Position numbers and translations under genes: made by a program. A stretch of 32,073 nt of DNA from a virus (lineage: Duplodnaviria; Caudoviricetes): positions 1 through 32,073 of the IMG/VR virus record IMGVR_UViG_3300020045_000688; one strand, 5' to 3'. Shown here in pieces: positions 1-10,530 of the stretch (position 1 is its first letter; the number at the start of each line of letters is the position of its first letter). The notes under the pieces were generated by a model, which did no database searches, had not been told where the DNA came from, and worked only from the letters and a program-made list of their open reading frames with translations.

Positions 1-1
1 C

Positions 2-1522
2 AAGACATTATATAACGAAGATATAACTGTATCATATCCAAATGATAAGATTTTAATTGCATCAGGTGGTAAATGGTCTGGAGAAAGTTTCATTACTTTA
101 TCGACTCGATTAGGCCATCTTGAGAATGATATTAATACGATTTATGCATCCAATATTTTTGGTGATTTCTATATAGAGTCTACGAGAATAGAATATGTAT
201 CTGATATTTTAGTTAGAATATATTATAAGTCATTTAATCAGTTAAGATTAGTAGATGACCAATTAGTAACTGTATTAAACAATGGTCTAGATATTTTTAT
301 TGGTCAGTTAGTCAAATCACCATCTACACTTACTGTTACAATACCCGGTAATAATTGGCTTCGTGGTCAAGTTATTAATATAACCGGTACTATTAAAAAT
401 ACTATTGCTAGAATTACTAGTGTAAACAGTTCTGGTGGTATTGTTTCAGCTGAAATTCTTGACTATGGATATGGGCATACACCGGATCAAGAAACTGTAA
501 TCTCACCGTACCCAAATAAACCTGTAGGTTCTATAGTAGAGGCAACATCTATATTAGTTTCTATATTACCAAATGTATATCAACATACAATATCTATTGT
601 AGATTATATAGATGGTGTATACGAGAATGTAATAGGTATTTCTGATGCAAATTCACCCAACCAATATTTTCTAGAAGATTATTCTACTGGATATTCGGGT
701 TCTGTTGTGATGGTATCATCATCTACCCCTAGTGAAGCAATTTCTGAAATAGAAAATGCTGGAATTACCATTGAAGAATGGTTAGCATCTAGATCGACAT
801 TTGTATATAACACCTCTAACATTGTAAAGATGAAAGGTTATTATATAGATGAAAGTGGTCAGTTATCTAATCAAGAAATTCGACTACAAGATAATTATTT
901 TTACCAGGCATTTTCATATGTCATTCAGACATCTAGAGATATAAATGATTATAGAAATGTACTTAGAATAACACACCCAGCTGGTACTAAATTATTTGCA
1001 AATCTGGATAAACATGCATCGTATGATGTGGTGACTTCTTCATCTAGATCTATATCCAACGATGTTATATATCTATTAGATACAGCTACTACAATCGATG
1101 TATATCTATTAGAGATGATGAAAACATTCTCGGATTCTGTATCACCCATAGATTATAGAGTTTCAATATTTACTAAATCATTGGTAGATTCAATTGCACC
1201 AACGGATAGTTTAAATTATAAAAACTTTACTAAACTGGTTGTAGATTCTGCATCAACTAATGATCAGACTAATATTGAAACATATAAGGTAATTTCAGAT
1301 TCTGTCAATCCATCAGAATATAAAGAAATCATTTTTACTAAGTTTATTGATGATTCTGCATCAACTACAGATTCTACAGTATTATCCAATATTAAATACA
1401 TTAATGATTCTGCCACAGCGACCTCTAATGATGTCGCAACATTAAATATATCAACATATGACTTGGAAAATTATTTTGGGGAAAATTATGTTGGTGCTAA
1501 CTTAGAACTTTCTATAGGATAA
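2..1522 (+). CDS. Baseplate wedge subunit, T4 gp7-like (5'-partial)
   Basis: Frame 2 is open from the window start (KTLYNEDITVSYPNDKILIASGGKW...) into the listed 707-1522 ORF. It has the gp7-like C-terminal motif QDNYFYQAFSYVI...HPAGTKLFA and lies upstream of a gp8-like gene. Confidence 0.75.
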   Translation, partial: KTLYNEDITVSYPNDKILIASGGKWSGESFITLSTRLGHLENDINTIYASNIFGDFYIESTRIEYVSDILVRIYYKSFNQLRLVDDQLVTVLNNGLDIFIGQLVKSPSTLTVTIPGNNWLRGQVINITGTIKNTIARITSVNSSGGIVSAEILDYGYGHTPDQETVISPYPNKPVGSIVEATSILVSILPNVYQHTISIVDYIDGVYENVIGISDANSPNQYFLEDYSTGYSGSVVMVSSSTPSEAISEIENAGITIEEWLASRSTFVYNTSNIVKMKGYYIDESGQLSNQEIRLQDNYFYQAFSYVIQTSRDINDYRNVLRITHPAGTKLFANLDKHASYDVVTSSSRSISNDVIYLLDTATTIDVYLLEMMKTFSDSVSPIDYRVSIFTKSLVDSIAPTDSLNYKNFTKLVVDSASTNDQTNIETYKVISDSVNPSEYKEIIFTKFIDDSASTTDSTVLSNIKYINDSATATSNDVATLNISTYDLENYFGENYVGANLELSIG

Positions 1523-1525
1523 AAA

Positions 1526-1978
1526 ATGATCAATGATACAGTAAAAGCCACGGGACAACTAGAAATTATTCTCCGTGATGCTAACGGAAACGTTAAACTT
1601 CAAAATACAGTACCGAACTTAGTAGTTACAGTTGGTAAGAATGTGATTGCATCTAGACTAGCAGGCACTGCGACTGCTGTTATGTCTCACATGTCAGTAG
1701 GTACATCATCAACTGCACCCGCTGCAAATAATACAATTCTAGGTGCCGAGATCGCCGCTAGTCGAGTCGCACTCACTGTACCAGGTGGTACTCCAGTGAC
1801 CAATGTTGTAACATATTCTGCGTTATTTAGTGCTGGTGTCGGTACTGGTGCAATCGTTGAGGCTGGTATTTTTAATGACGGTACGGTAGGTTCTATGCTT
1901 TGCCGTACAACATTTGCTGTTGTAAATAAAGATATTGGTGACACACTTACTATCAACTGGGCAGTTACTATCGCGTAA
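1526..1978 (+). CDS. Virion structural protein, tail-collar/fibre-attachment-like (150 aa)
   Basis: NLVVTVGK...MSVGT...L..EI...R...EAGIFN...MLCR..F..VNK...DTLTINW pattern, typical of phage fibre-attachment domains. Tightly packed in the operon. Confidence 0.55.
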   Translation: MINDTVKATGQLEIILRDANGNVKLQNTVPNLVVTVGKNVIASRLAGTATAVMSHMSVGTSSTAPAANNTILGAEIAASRVALTVPGGTPVTNVVTYSALFSAGVGTGAIVEAGIFNDGTVGSMLCRTTFAVVNKDIGDTLTINWAVTIA

Positions 1979-1990
1979 TTGTAAATAAAT

Positions 1991-4039
1991 ATGCCAAATT
2001 CTCTAAGACACGATTTCCACTCGGATCTCGCTTCAACCATTTTACATGAAATCCAGTATAAACGGTCTAACTATTACTATTTTTTAGGTAAGGTTGAGGC
2101 TTGGAGTTTTGGCGATATCCCACCAAATGATATTCCTGAAGATTCTGATCTAGAAAATTCAATGATTCGCGCAAACTCTGTGTTTATGCGAAAAATAACA
2201 CCTAATGATATCACACTGGTCACAACTAGATATAACTGGGTATCTGGAACAGTTTTCTCTACATGGGATAATACTAAAAACATGGTCGCCGATAAATTCT
2301 ATTGTGTGACAGATGAATTTAATGTATATAAATGCCTAGATAATGGAGGAAATTCTGTATCTACAGTAAAACCAACTGGTAATTCGTTTTATGTACTACG
2401 TACAAGTGATGGGTATCTGTGGAAATATATGTATACAGTACCTACATTCAAACAATCCAGATTTATGAATCCGGTAAATTTACCAGTTCAGAAAGCACTT
2501 ACAGATTCATTCTACAATAGAGGATCTATCGATGCTGTTGCAATTGTAAATGCTGGATTTGGTTATACAGATGCACCTTTAACTACCGTAACAGTTACTG
2601 GTACTACTACTGGTGCTGGTGCAGTTGGTACAATTGTGTGTGGAATTGTCGGTAATATTACAAGTGTAATTATTACAGATGGTGGTAGCAATTACACTGC
2701 AGGTGTAGGTATTGATTTTGATACAGTTGGTGGAACATCTGCTAAATGTACTGCAGTTATCTCAGGTGGTATCATTACAGATATTACTATCATTAATGGC
2801 GGTATAGGATATACAACTGGGGAATCAATATTATTCTCTATTGGTGGTGGCATAGTTATACCCTCTGTCTCTAGAGAAACTGGGTCTATTACTTCTCTAA
2901 CTATTATAAATGGTGGTAATGGGTATACATCTGCTCCTACACTTACCGTAAACGGTATCGGTGGTACGGGTAAATATGGAAATCCTACGGCATTGATTAC
3001 TAGTGTGATTTATCAGGGTTCGATTGTCGGCACAAATATAACCGATCCCGGATTAGATTATCCCGTAGATACTGCAACTAGTATTGTTGTTCAGGGTGAT
3101 GGTACTGGTGCGTTGTTTAGTCCAGTAATATCAGATGGTAATATTGTAGATGTGATTGTAGAAAATTCTGGTGTTGGCTACACTAATATGATATTAACTG
3201 TCATTGGTGCAGGTTATGAAGCAAAACTAACACCAATCATTGGTGTATCAGATTTCACTTCTAATCAATCAATTGTAGAACAAACGACAGTAATTGGTGC
3301 AATTTTCTCTATCATCGTAGAAATTAATGGTACTGATTATTCTGACCAAACTACCGTAGTTGTTACAGGTGATGGTATTGGTTGTACTGCATCACCAGTT
3401 ATTTCAGGTGGTATAATTACACATATTATTGTGCATACATACGGTTCCGACTATACATATGCAACAATCTCATTTGTCGATCCAATTAGAAATACAACGG
3501 TAGATCTAATTGACTGTATAGCATATGCAATCATTCCCCCAAATAGGGGTCATGGGTATGATGCTGTAAATGAGTTATTCGGTTCAACCCTAGCTATTAA
3601 TACTTCATTGCGTCAAGATACAAATCTAAATAAAATATTGCAAGATTATAGACAGTTTGGGATGATAAAAAACCCAACGAATATAGTTACAGGTAGAGTA
3701 TTAGATATCGAATCAAGTTTACTAACTCATGAAGTAACATTTAATACTGTTACCGATTTAATCATCGATGAAATTTTAATCTTCAATCAGATAAAATTTA
3801 GAGTAATCTTGATCACAGGCAATAATGTACATTTACAACAACTTGGTATTAAATATACAAACCCTATTGGTGTATTTTATTCTGAGATAGAAGGCACTAG
3901 ATCGTACACATCTATTGCATTAATATCGTCACCAATTGCCAATAAGTATTCGGGAAGTTTATTGTATGTATCGAATGAGAATCCATTTACATTCAATCAG
4001 GAACAAGGTATTACCATCAAGACATTCTTGAAATTCTAA
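1991..4039 (+). CDS. Baseplate wedge subunit, T4 gp8-like, extended with GxGY repeats
   Basis: RYNWVSGT..., FYCVTDEFNVYKCLDN, DGYLWKYMY, GHG.DA..EL, DYRQFG.IKNP and SG.LLY..N motifs of gp8. Confidence 0.85.
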   Translation: MPNSLRHDFHSDLASTILHEIQYKRSNYYYFLGKVEAWSFGDIPPNDIPEDSDLENSMIRANSVFMRKITPNDITLVTTRYNWVSGTVFSTWDNTKNMVADKFYCVTDEFNVYKCLDNGGNSVSTVKPTGNSFYVLRTSDGYLWKYMYTVPTFKQSRFMNPVNLPVQKALTDSFYNRGSIDAVAIVNAGFGYTDAPLTTVTVTGTTTGAGAVGTIVCGIVGNITSVIITDGGSNYTAGVGIDFDTVGGTSAKCTAVISGGIITDITIINGGIGYTTGESILFSIGGGIVIPSVSRETGSITSLTIINGGNGYTSAPTLTVNGIGGTGKYGNPTALITSVIYQGSIVGTNITDPGLDYPVDTATSIVVQGDGTGALFSPVISDGNIVDVIVENSGVGYTNMILTVIGAGYEAKLTPIIGVSDFTSNQSIVEQTTVIGAIFSIIVEINGTDYSDQTTVVVTGDGIGCTASPVISGGIITHIIVHTYGSDYTYATISFVDPIRNTTVDLIDCIAYAIIPPNRGHGYDAVNELFGSTLAINTSLRQDTNLNKILQDYRQFGMIKNPTNIVTGRVLDIESSLLTHEVTFNTVTDLIIDEILIFNQIKFRVILITGNNVHLQQLGIKYTNPIGVFYSEIEGTRSYTSIALISSPIANKYSGSLLYVSNENPFTFNQEQGITIKTFLKF

Positions 4040-4041
4040 AT

Positions 4042-7000
4042 ATGACTACAAATCTAAATACAAATCCATACTACGACGATTTCGCATCGTCTAAGAATTT
4101 TCATCAGATCCTTTTTAAACCGGGATATGCTGTACAGTCGCGAGAATTAACTCAGAGTCAGTCTATTTTACGAGATCAGTTGTCGAAATTTGGTGGTCAT
4201 GTATTCAAACATGGATCTGTTGTATTACCAGGTAATACCAGTTCGGATTTGAATGTTTGTTATGTTAAATTAGCTAGTTTACCGCAGAATATCAGTACCT
4301 ATATTGGTGGCACAGTAATCGGAACATCTGGATTGACTGCTAATATTAGATCTGCTACAGATCCAACTCTTGTAGATATCTACTCAACATTATTTGTATC
4401 TTATTCAAATACCGGGACTAGCGGCGAACGAGTTTTTGGTGATGGTGAAGTACTTACAATTACGACTACGACAGGCGCAACTCATACACATACTACCACG
4501 GATGCTGTTACTGCATGTGGTGGTGCAGCAATGGCATTCATTAATGATGGTGTATTTTTTGTTAATGGTACATTCGTAGAAGTTGCTAAACAATCGGTTG
4601 TCATCTCAAAATACACTAATGTACCTGATTGTAAAGTTCTATTGAAAATCACAGAATCAATCGTAGACCAAACTATGGATGATTCTCTATTAGATACTGC
4701 ACAGGGTTCTTATAATTATGCAGCTCCTGGTGCAGATAGATTAAAAATTACTCTAACATTGACTTCTTTGTTGAATTCTGAAGTTGTTGGAGCAGATTAT
4801 GTAGAACTGATGAGATTTGAAGAAGGCATTTTAGTCGAGCATGCGCGATATGCAAAATACAATGAACTTGAAAAAAATCTAGCTAGACGCACATATGATG
4901 AGTCTGGCGATTATATTTCTGCGGGTCTAAAGTTATCAGTACATGAGAGTATCAAAAAACAATTCAATGGTGGTAAAATAATCAATGGTTCTGCAGATGA
5001 TTATGCTATTGAAGTATCTGCAGGTAAAGCATATATCTCTGGTTTTGAATCTGAGATTGTTTCAACTAAAGTTATTGCTGCACCAAAAGGTAGATCATTA
5101 AGTAATCCAAATCATATTAAAAATAAAAATATTTCATTGTCCCCAAACTTTGGACAATATTTTTATGTAACCAATTTAAAATCTTTACCTAATTTCGGGT
5201 CTCGCACTGTGGTGAGTTTGTATAATTCTATTGCAACAGACGGTACTGCAGTTCTTATAGGTACAGCAAAAGTAGTTGCAGTTGATTTGCATGAATCTAA
5301 TTCGAGTGATCAAAGTTCTATATTTAGACTTTATATTATTGACATTTCGTCAACAGCAGATTTGAATACTATTGGATCTATTAGATATTCTGGTGGTTCA
5401 TGTGATGTGTTACATAAATTGACTGTACCCGTATCTGGAGCCGATTTTGTACAGAATGAAATCGTATCGTATCTAACCAATGTAGCAACTGTTTGTAAGT
5501 GGATCAGATCGACGTCTTCTCTATATGTATACAAACATACGACTGCAACAATTCCAAGTATAGGATTTAAAATTACCGGTGGTACATCTTCTGCAAATGG
5601 CGTCATTGGTGCGAACTCGTATATTCAATCAAATGTATCAAGCACACCGATCATTGAATTACCTGTATCTGCAGCATATAAAGTAAAACGTAATATCGGA
5701 ACTCCAGCAGTCCCCGTATATTCTCCAAATATTACATATAAAGTTTATAAAGAAATCTCTATTACTTTATCTGGTGGTACTGGTAGCACAACTATTTCTG
5801 GCGGTACAATTGATCCTATTGAAGCCGGTAATGCTATAGTCACGTCGGCAACTGCTACATTATCTACGTCTACGCTTACATTATCTGGTGACGGATTAAC
5901 TGTCACATATACAGGTGCCGGGGCAGATGGCGCAGTAATTAAAATTATCTGTGCTGTTACCAAGACAAATGTGACGCAACGTAGCAAAACTCTTGCTTCA
6001 AATTCATCATCTCCAGATATTGGATTAACTCCTTCGGCCAACGTAGTATTAACAAAGGCAGATATATATCGTCTAACTTCTGTATTGTCATCTGTAGATG
6101 GTGATGTTACTTCTAGATATATGTTGAACAACGGTCAAACTGACTATGCATATATGCCAGGGAGTTTAGTTCTTGTCGGAGATTTACCTGGTGGTACATT
6201 AACCGCTGTGTATGAATATTTTATTCATTCGGGTACAGGTGATTTTTTCAGTGTCGATTCATATGCAGATTCTGGATTACTAGAATATTATACATCTATC
6301 AGTGAATACAATTCACCATCTAATAATACAACATATGACCTTAGAAACTGTTTAGACTTCAGACCTAAGTTTGATACAGTAACCAATACAATAGACATGA
6401 TAATCGTAGATTCGCGTGTTTCTACCGATATACAGTATTATGTACCACGTATTGATTCTGTGATGATAGGAAAGACTGGAAATCTGTATGTAAACTATGG
6501 TGTTCCTGCAGAATCCCCAGTATCACCATCTGTTACCGCCGAAGCTATTGAATTGGGTACTGTTTTTGTGCCAGCATATACATATAGCATATCTGATATG
6601 TCTGTATATCCATCAAAATTTAAGGGATATAAGATGTCAGATATTAGGAATATTGAAGATAGAGTATTCAATATCGAGCAATATTCGTTATTATCACAGA
6701 CTGAACAATCTATCGTCAACTATGATGTGATAGACACCGCAACTGGATTGAGTAGATATAAATCTGGTTATTTAGTAGAGACGTTCATAGATCCATTGAA
6801 AATTGCAGATTTTCAGAATCCAGAATTTTTAGTATCATATGTTGGTGAAAGAATTAAACCTGCGATGGAGAAATTCTCTGTTGATATGGAATATGTATCT
6901 GGTACTGGATTAGTATCAGAGAATGTCACAAATAAAAATAAATTAATTACTCTACCATACACGTCGGTTATATTTACAGAACAATTAAGTTCTACACGTG

Positions 7001-7344
7001 TTTCTAATATTAATCCGTTTGCAGTATTTTCTTGGAAAGGCGAATTGAATATTGTACCTTCAGTAGATAAATTCGTTGTGTTTAATATTTTACCTCCAAT
7101 TTTCAGAACTGTAACAAATGTAGTAGTGGAAAATGTTACTGTAGAAGTTCCTAGACCGTGGGGGTTCCAGCCAGAACCAGGAGCGAATGTAGCGTTTGCA
7201 CCAATCTCTCAAGCACTAATAGAAGCAACCGGAAATACTACAGCTGCTGGAGCGCTTACTCAAGCTGTACAGTGGCACTCAACTGCGAATGATCTTGGTG
7301 GTAGAAATGATCCAAACCCTGCAAACTGGTGGTGGATTCCTTAA
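4042..7344 (+). CDS. VrlC/DUF4815-like large baseplate/virion protein, N-terminal part
   Basis: N-terminus NPYYDDF...FKPGYAVQSRELTQ.QSIL; YAAPGADRLKI; LARRTYDESGDY; R.KSG..V..F; NINPF motifs. Confidence 0.8.
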   Translation: MTTNLNTNPYYDDFASSKNFHQILFKPGYAVQSRELTQSQSILRDQLSKFGGHVFKHGSVVLPGNTSSDLNVCYVKLASLPQNISTYIGGTVIGTSGLTANIRSATDPTLVDIYSTLFVSYSNTGTSGERVFGDGEVLTITTTTGATHTHTTTDAVTACGGAAMAFINDGVFFVNGTFVEVAKQSVVISKYTNVPDCKVLLKITESIVDQTMDDSLLDTAQGSYNYAAPGADRLKITLTLTSLLNSEVVGADYVELMRFEEGILVEHARYAKYNELEKNLARRTYDESGDYISAGLKLSVHESIKKQFNGGKIINGSADDYAIEVSAGKAYISGFESEIVSTKVIAAPKGRSLSNPNHIKNKNISLSPNFGQYFYVTNLKSLPNFGSRTVVSLYNSIATDGTAVLIGTAKVVAVDLHESNSSDQSSIFRLYIIDISSTADLNTIGSIRYSGGSCDVLHKLTVPVSGADFVQNEIVSYLTNVATVCKWIRSTSSLYVYKHTTATIPSIGFKITGGTSSANGVIGANSYIQSNVSSTPIIELPVSAAYKVKRNIGTPAVPVYSPNITYKVYKEISITLSGGTGSTTISGGTIDPIEAGNAIVTSATATLSTSTLTLSGDGLTVTYTGAGADGAVIKIICAVTKTNVTQRSKTLASNSSSPDIGLTPSANVVLTKADIYRLTSVLSSVDGDVTSRYMLNNGQTDYAYMPGSLVLVGDLPGGTLTAVYEYFIHSGTGDFFSVDSYADSGLLEYYTSISEYNSPSNNTTYDLRNCLDFRPKFDTVTNTIDMIIVDSRVSTDIQYYVPRIDSVMIGKTGNLYVNYGVPAESPVSPSVTAEAIELGTVFVPAYTYSISDMSVYPSKFKGYKMSDIRNIEDRVFNIEQYSLLSQTEQSIVNYDVIDTATGLSRYKSGYLVETFIDPLKIADFQNPEFLVSYVGERIKPAMEKFSVDMEYVSGTGLVSENVTNKNKLITLPYTSVIFTEQLSSTRVSNINPFAVFSWKGELNIVPSVDKFVVFNILPPIFRTVTNVVVENVTVEVPRPWGFQPEPGANVAFAPISQALIEATGNTTAAGALTQAVQWHSTANDLGGRNDPNPANWWWIP

Positions 7345-7351
7345 TTAAATA
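7344..7351 (+). promoter_or_regulatory. Putative late promoter ATTAAATA
   Basis: Intergenic, 26 nt before ATG 7378. Variant of T4 TATAAATA that recurs before other genes. Confidence 0.55.
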
Positions 7352-7377
7352 ATGTATCAACACAGGAATTTTAAATA

Positions 7378-9804
7378 ATGGCAACTACAAGACGTACGGA
7401 TATTATCAGTGAAGTGGCTATCGCATTTATGCGAGAGATGGATTTAAGATGGACAGTTACTAATGCTAAACCAAATACAAAGCTGTACGCTTTCTTTGAT
7501 GGTGTTTCAGTTGATGATCAAGTAACACAAACTGGCAGTACTATCGGTGCAGGAGTTACTACAAATTCTGCAGGTCAACAGACTGGTACGTTCCATGTTA
7601 AACCATTTACATTTACAACGGGTACCAAACTATTGAAATTTCAGGATACTCCAGAATTTACATCTGGTTCAATTCCTGGATCTACAGTATCTTCTGCCGA
7701 GGGTAAATTTACATCTGAAGGTATTTTACGTACAACTCGGGATACAATTACCACAGTAAATACTGTTGTTGAAACTGTTACTACTACGGTAGATGTTATC
7801 GGTGGTCTAGGTGATCCTTTAGCACAATCATTCTTTACACATGGTGTTACAGGTGGTGTAAATGTAACTGCAATCGATGTATTCTTCCAATCTAAAGAAG
7901 TAAATGGTGGTGTACCCGTAACTCTAGAAATCAGAGAAATGGTTGCAGGATACCCTTCTCCAAAACTGGTTTCTCAGTTTTCACGTGTATTAAAACAACC
8001 CGCTGATATTATTGTATCTAGCACAGGGGTAATCCCAACTAGATTCACTTTTGACGTACCTATTTTCTTACCGGAAAATCGTGATTGGTGTTTTGTATTG
8101 TTATCCAATTCAGATCGATATCATGTCTGGACAGCTAAACTGGGTGAGAAATCTCAAGAGACTGGATTAACTATTTTTGAACAACCGTTTATCGGTACGA
8201 TGTTCAAATCAGAAAATAATGTAACTTGGACAACAGATTCTACAGAAGATATTAAGTTTACTATTCATAGAGCAAAATATACTACCGGGGCAGGCGCAGC
8301 CGTTGTGTTGAAATCAAAAGCCAATAAGTTATTAATCTATGGTTCTGCAATGTCGGTTGTTTCTGGATCAAATCTAGTTACGATCAAGTTCAATCATATG
8401 CACGGTTTGCGCAATTCAGATAAAGTTCGACTATTAGCACCTACAGATACATCTACATATAGAGGCATAACTGCAGCACAATTAAGCGGATTATATATCG
8501 CAACTGTTGTCGATGAATATACTGTAAAGGTTCAGTTAGCCGCAGGAACTTTCACTTCAACTGGAACACTTAAAGTTCCTGGTATTGTAAATGAAATTCA
8601 AGTAGATGCTGGTGGTACCGGATATAATACAACTCCTACTGTGGAAATTGTCGGTGCAAATACTACACAGGCAACAGCTACTGTTCAAACTTCTGGTGGT
8701 GTTATTACTGGTGTAACTATTACTAATCCAGGTGCTGGATATATTGTAGCACCAACGGTAGTGCTTACTGGTATAGGTTCTGGTGCCAGTCTTGCTCTGA
8801 TTGCAGAGACAGTTATCCAAGTAGAGACTAATCGTGTATATGATGAAATTCTACCTAGAATTGCTAATTTTGCACCAGCATTTTCATATGTTACATCTAC
8901 TCTAAAAACGACAACTTCAGATTATGCTGTACAGGATATTTTCCCTGTGATGTTGAATGTTGGTCAAGTAATGCCAAATAAATCAATATTGGTATCATCC
9001 GATAATGGTACAGCATTTTTACCCGGACAGACAAGCACAGAGTTGGTACTCAATCTATTGTCGGATAATGCTAATGTGTCTCCAATTGTATCTCTATCAG
9101 AGACTCCAACGATTGAGTGTAAGGCATATATTATTAATAACCAGACATCTTATGAGTCTCTACTCACTACGACTACTTCTGGTTCTGGTTCTATATCAAG
9201 TATTAATATTAATGCTGGTGGCACTGGTTATTCATCAACTGCAATTACTATCTCTGCACCAAATATTAGTACAGGAGTCCAGGCAGTAGCAACAGCAATC
9301 CTTACGTCTACAGTAGTAACTGGCATTACTATATCAAATTATGGTTCTGGATATACTTCACCACCTACATTAACGATGACTCAGGTAGTCGGATCTCCTG
9401 CTACATTGGTGAGCACACTTACGCCATTCAATACAGAGTTATTGCCAACTGGTGGTTCTGCTAAATCTAGATATATTACCAAACCAATTTCTCTAGCTAC
9501 TGTATCAACTGGTGTATCTATTTTCGCATCAATTTATTCTGGTGTACATTCATCGGTAGATTTTTATTTTAGAACATCACTGAAATCTGATTCTTCTACT
9601 CACACATCATTGCCGTGGAATATGATGAAATGTGATATTTCTAGAAATATGTCTACAAAGGTAGAAGAATTCTTGGACTATACATTTTATCTAAATGATC
9701 TACCTAAGTTTGATATTTACGACATAAAAATAATTCTTCGCACTACAGATAGAAAATCGATTCCAGAAGTGGATAATTATAGAACTATTATATTAGCAAC
9801 ATGA
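7378..9804 (+). CDS. VrlC/DUF4815-like virion protein, C-terminal part
   Basis: FMR...KPNT..YAFFDG, DPLAQSF, FKSEN..TWT...EDIKF, SRYITKPISL motifs. Own RBS (CAGGA ~7363). Confidence 0.75.
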   Translation: MATTRRTDIISEVAIAFMREMDLRWTVTNAKPNTKLYAFFDGVSVDDQVTQTGSTIGAGVTTNSAGQQTGTFHVKPFTFTTGTKLLKFQDTPEFTSGSIPGSTVSSAEGKFTSEGILRTTRDTITTVNTVVETVTTTVDVIGGLGDPLAQSFFTHGVTGGVNVTAIDVFFQSKEVNGGVPVTLEIREMVAGYPSPKLVSQFSRVLKQPADIIVSSTGVIPTRFTFDVPIFLPENRDWCFVLLSNSDRYHVWTAKLGEKSQETGLTIFEQPFIGTMFKSENNVTWTTDSTEDIKFTIHRAKYTTGAGAAVVLKSKANKLLIYGSAMSVVSGSNLVTIKFNHMHGLRNSDKVRLLAPTDTSTYRGITAAQLSGLYIATVVDEYTVKVQLAAGTFTSTGTLKVPGIVNEIQVDAGGTGYNTTPTVEIVGANTTQATATVQTSGGVITGVTITNPGAGYIVAPTVVLTGIGSGASLALIAETVIQVETNRVYDEILPRIANFAPAFSYVTSTLKTTTSDYAVQDIFPVMLNVGQVMPNKSILVSSDNGTAFLPGQTSTELVLNLLSDNANVSPIVSLSETPTIECKAYIINNQTSYESLLTTTTSGSGSISSININAGGTGYSSTAITISAPNISTGVQAVATAILTSTVVTGITISNYGSGYTSPPTLTMTQVVGSPATLVSTLTPFNTELLPTGGSAKSRYITKPISLATVSTGVSIFASIYSGVHSSVDFYFRTSLKSDSSTHTSLPWNMMKCDISRNMSTKVEEFLDYTFYLNDLPKFDIYDIKIILRTTDRKSIPEVDNYRTIILAT

Positions 9805-9995
9805 AGCAGATAATCGATAGTTCTGGTCAGCCCATCAATGGAATGTTCAGAAATTCAGATGGATCTTTATCGTTAAATATAAGCAATGAATATAAGAAAA
9901 ATAAATTAGTACATGATAATTTTAATAAGTTGTCATCAGAAATTTTGGAATTGAGAGAACAAATGAAATTAATATTGGAAAAACTAAATGGCTAA
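9801..9995 (+). CDS. Small conserved hypothetical protein with C-terminal coiled coil
   Basis: ATGA overlap with the upstream stop. The C-terminus (EILELREQMKLILEKL) looks like a coiled coil. Confidence 0.6.
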   Translation: MKQIIDSSGQPINGMFRNSDGSLSLNISNEYKKNKLVHDNFNKLSSEILELREQMKLILEKLNG

Positions 9996-10188
9996 TGTAA
10001 CATACAGAGCATCACTGACTCCTACTATACCTGGATCGACTACGGTGAAAAATTCACCACTGACGAATCTAGAGGTAGACGCAAATTTCAAGGCTCTTAA
10101 CGACGATATTCAGACTAAAACTACACCAGCTTATGCGGATTCAACCGCATCAACACAAGCTATAGTTATGTCAATTGCGCTCGGTTAA
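9988..10188 (+). CDS. Small fibre-associated protein
   Basis: KNSPLTNLEVDANF fibre N-terminal motif and ...MSIALG C-terminus, both common in phage fibre modules. Confidence 0.6.
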   Translation: MANVTYRASLTPTIPGSTTVKNSPLTNLEVDANFKALNDDIQTKTTPAYADSTASTQAIVMSIALG

Positions 10189-10201
10189 TTAAGGAATAAT
10201 A

Positions 10202-10528
10202 ATGGCTTCTTCATTTAAAAACGCTCTGGCTGCATCTGTAGGTACTGTGAATACAGATATCTACACAGCACCAGCACTTACGGCAACAACTGTCATCGGA
10301 TTATCGTTGGCTAATATTGCTGCAACTACAGTAACAGTAACAGTAACATTAACCAAGGGTGGTACTACTGTAAATATTATTAAAGCTGCGCCTATTCCAG
10401 TTGGATCATCACTGATTCTATTTGGTGGTGATCAGAAATTAGTATTGGAAACTGGAAATAAATTTAGTGTCATTTCTAATACTGCTGCTTCTGTAGATGT
10501 AGTGGTATCAGTTCTGGAGATTAGTTAA
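10202..10528 (+). CDS. Small virion beta-sandwich protein (108 aa)
   Basis: RBS AAGGA. MASSFKN...KLVLETG...DVVVSVLEIS is a family that often follows ...IALG proteins. Confidence 0.65.
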   Translation: MASSFKNALAASVGTVNTDIYTAPALTATTVIGLSLANIAATTVTVTVTLTKGGTTVNIIKAAPIPVGSSLILFGGDQKLVLETGNKFSVISNTAASVDVVVSVLEIS

Positions 10529-10530
10529 TC

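Noticed and set aside
10327-10348. ACAGTA tandem repeat
   Set aside because: Simply encodes a TVTVTVT beta strand.
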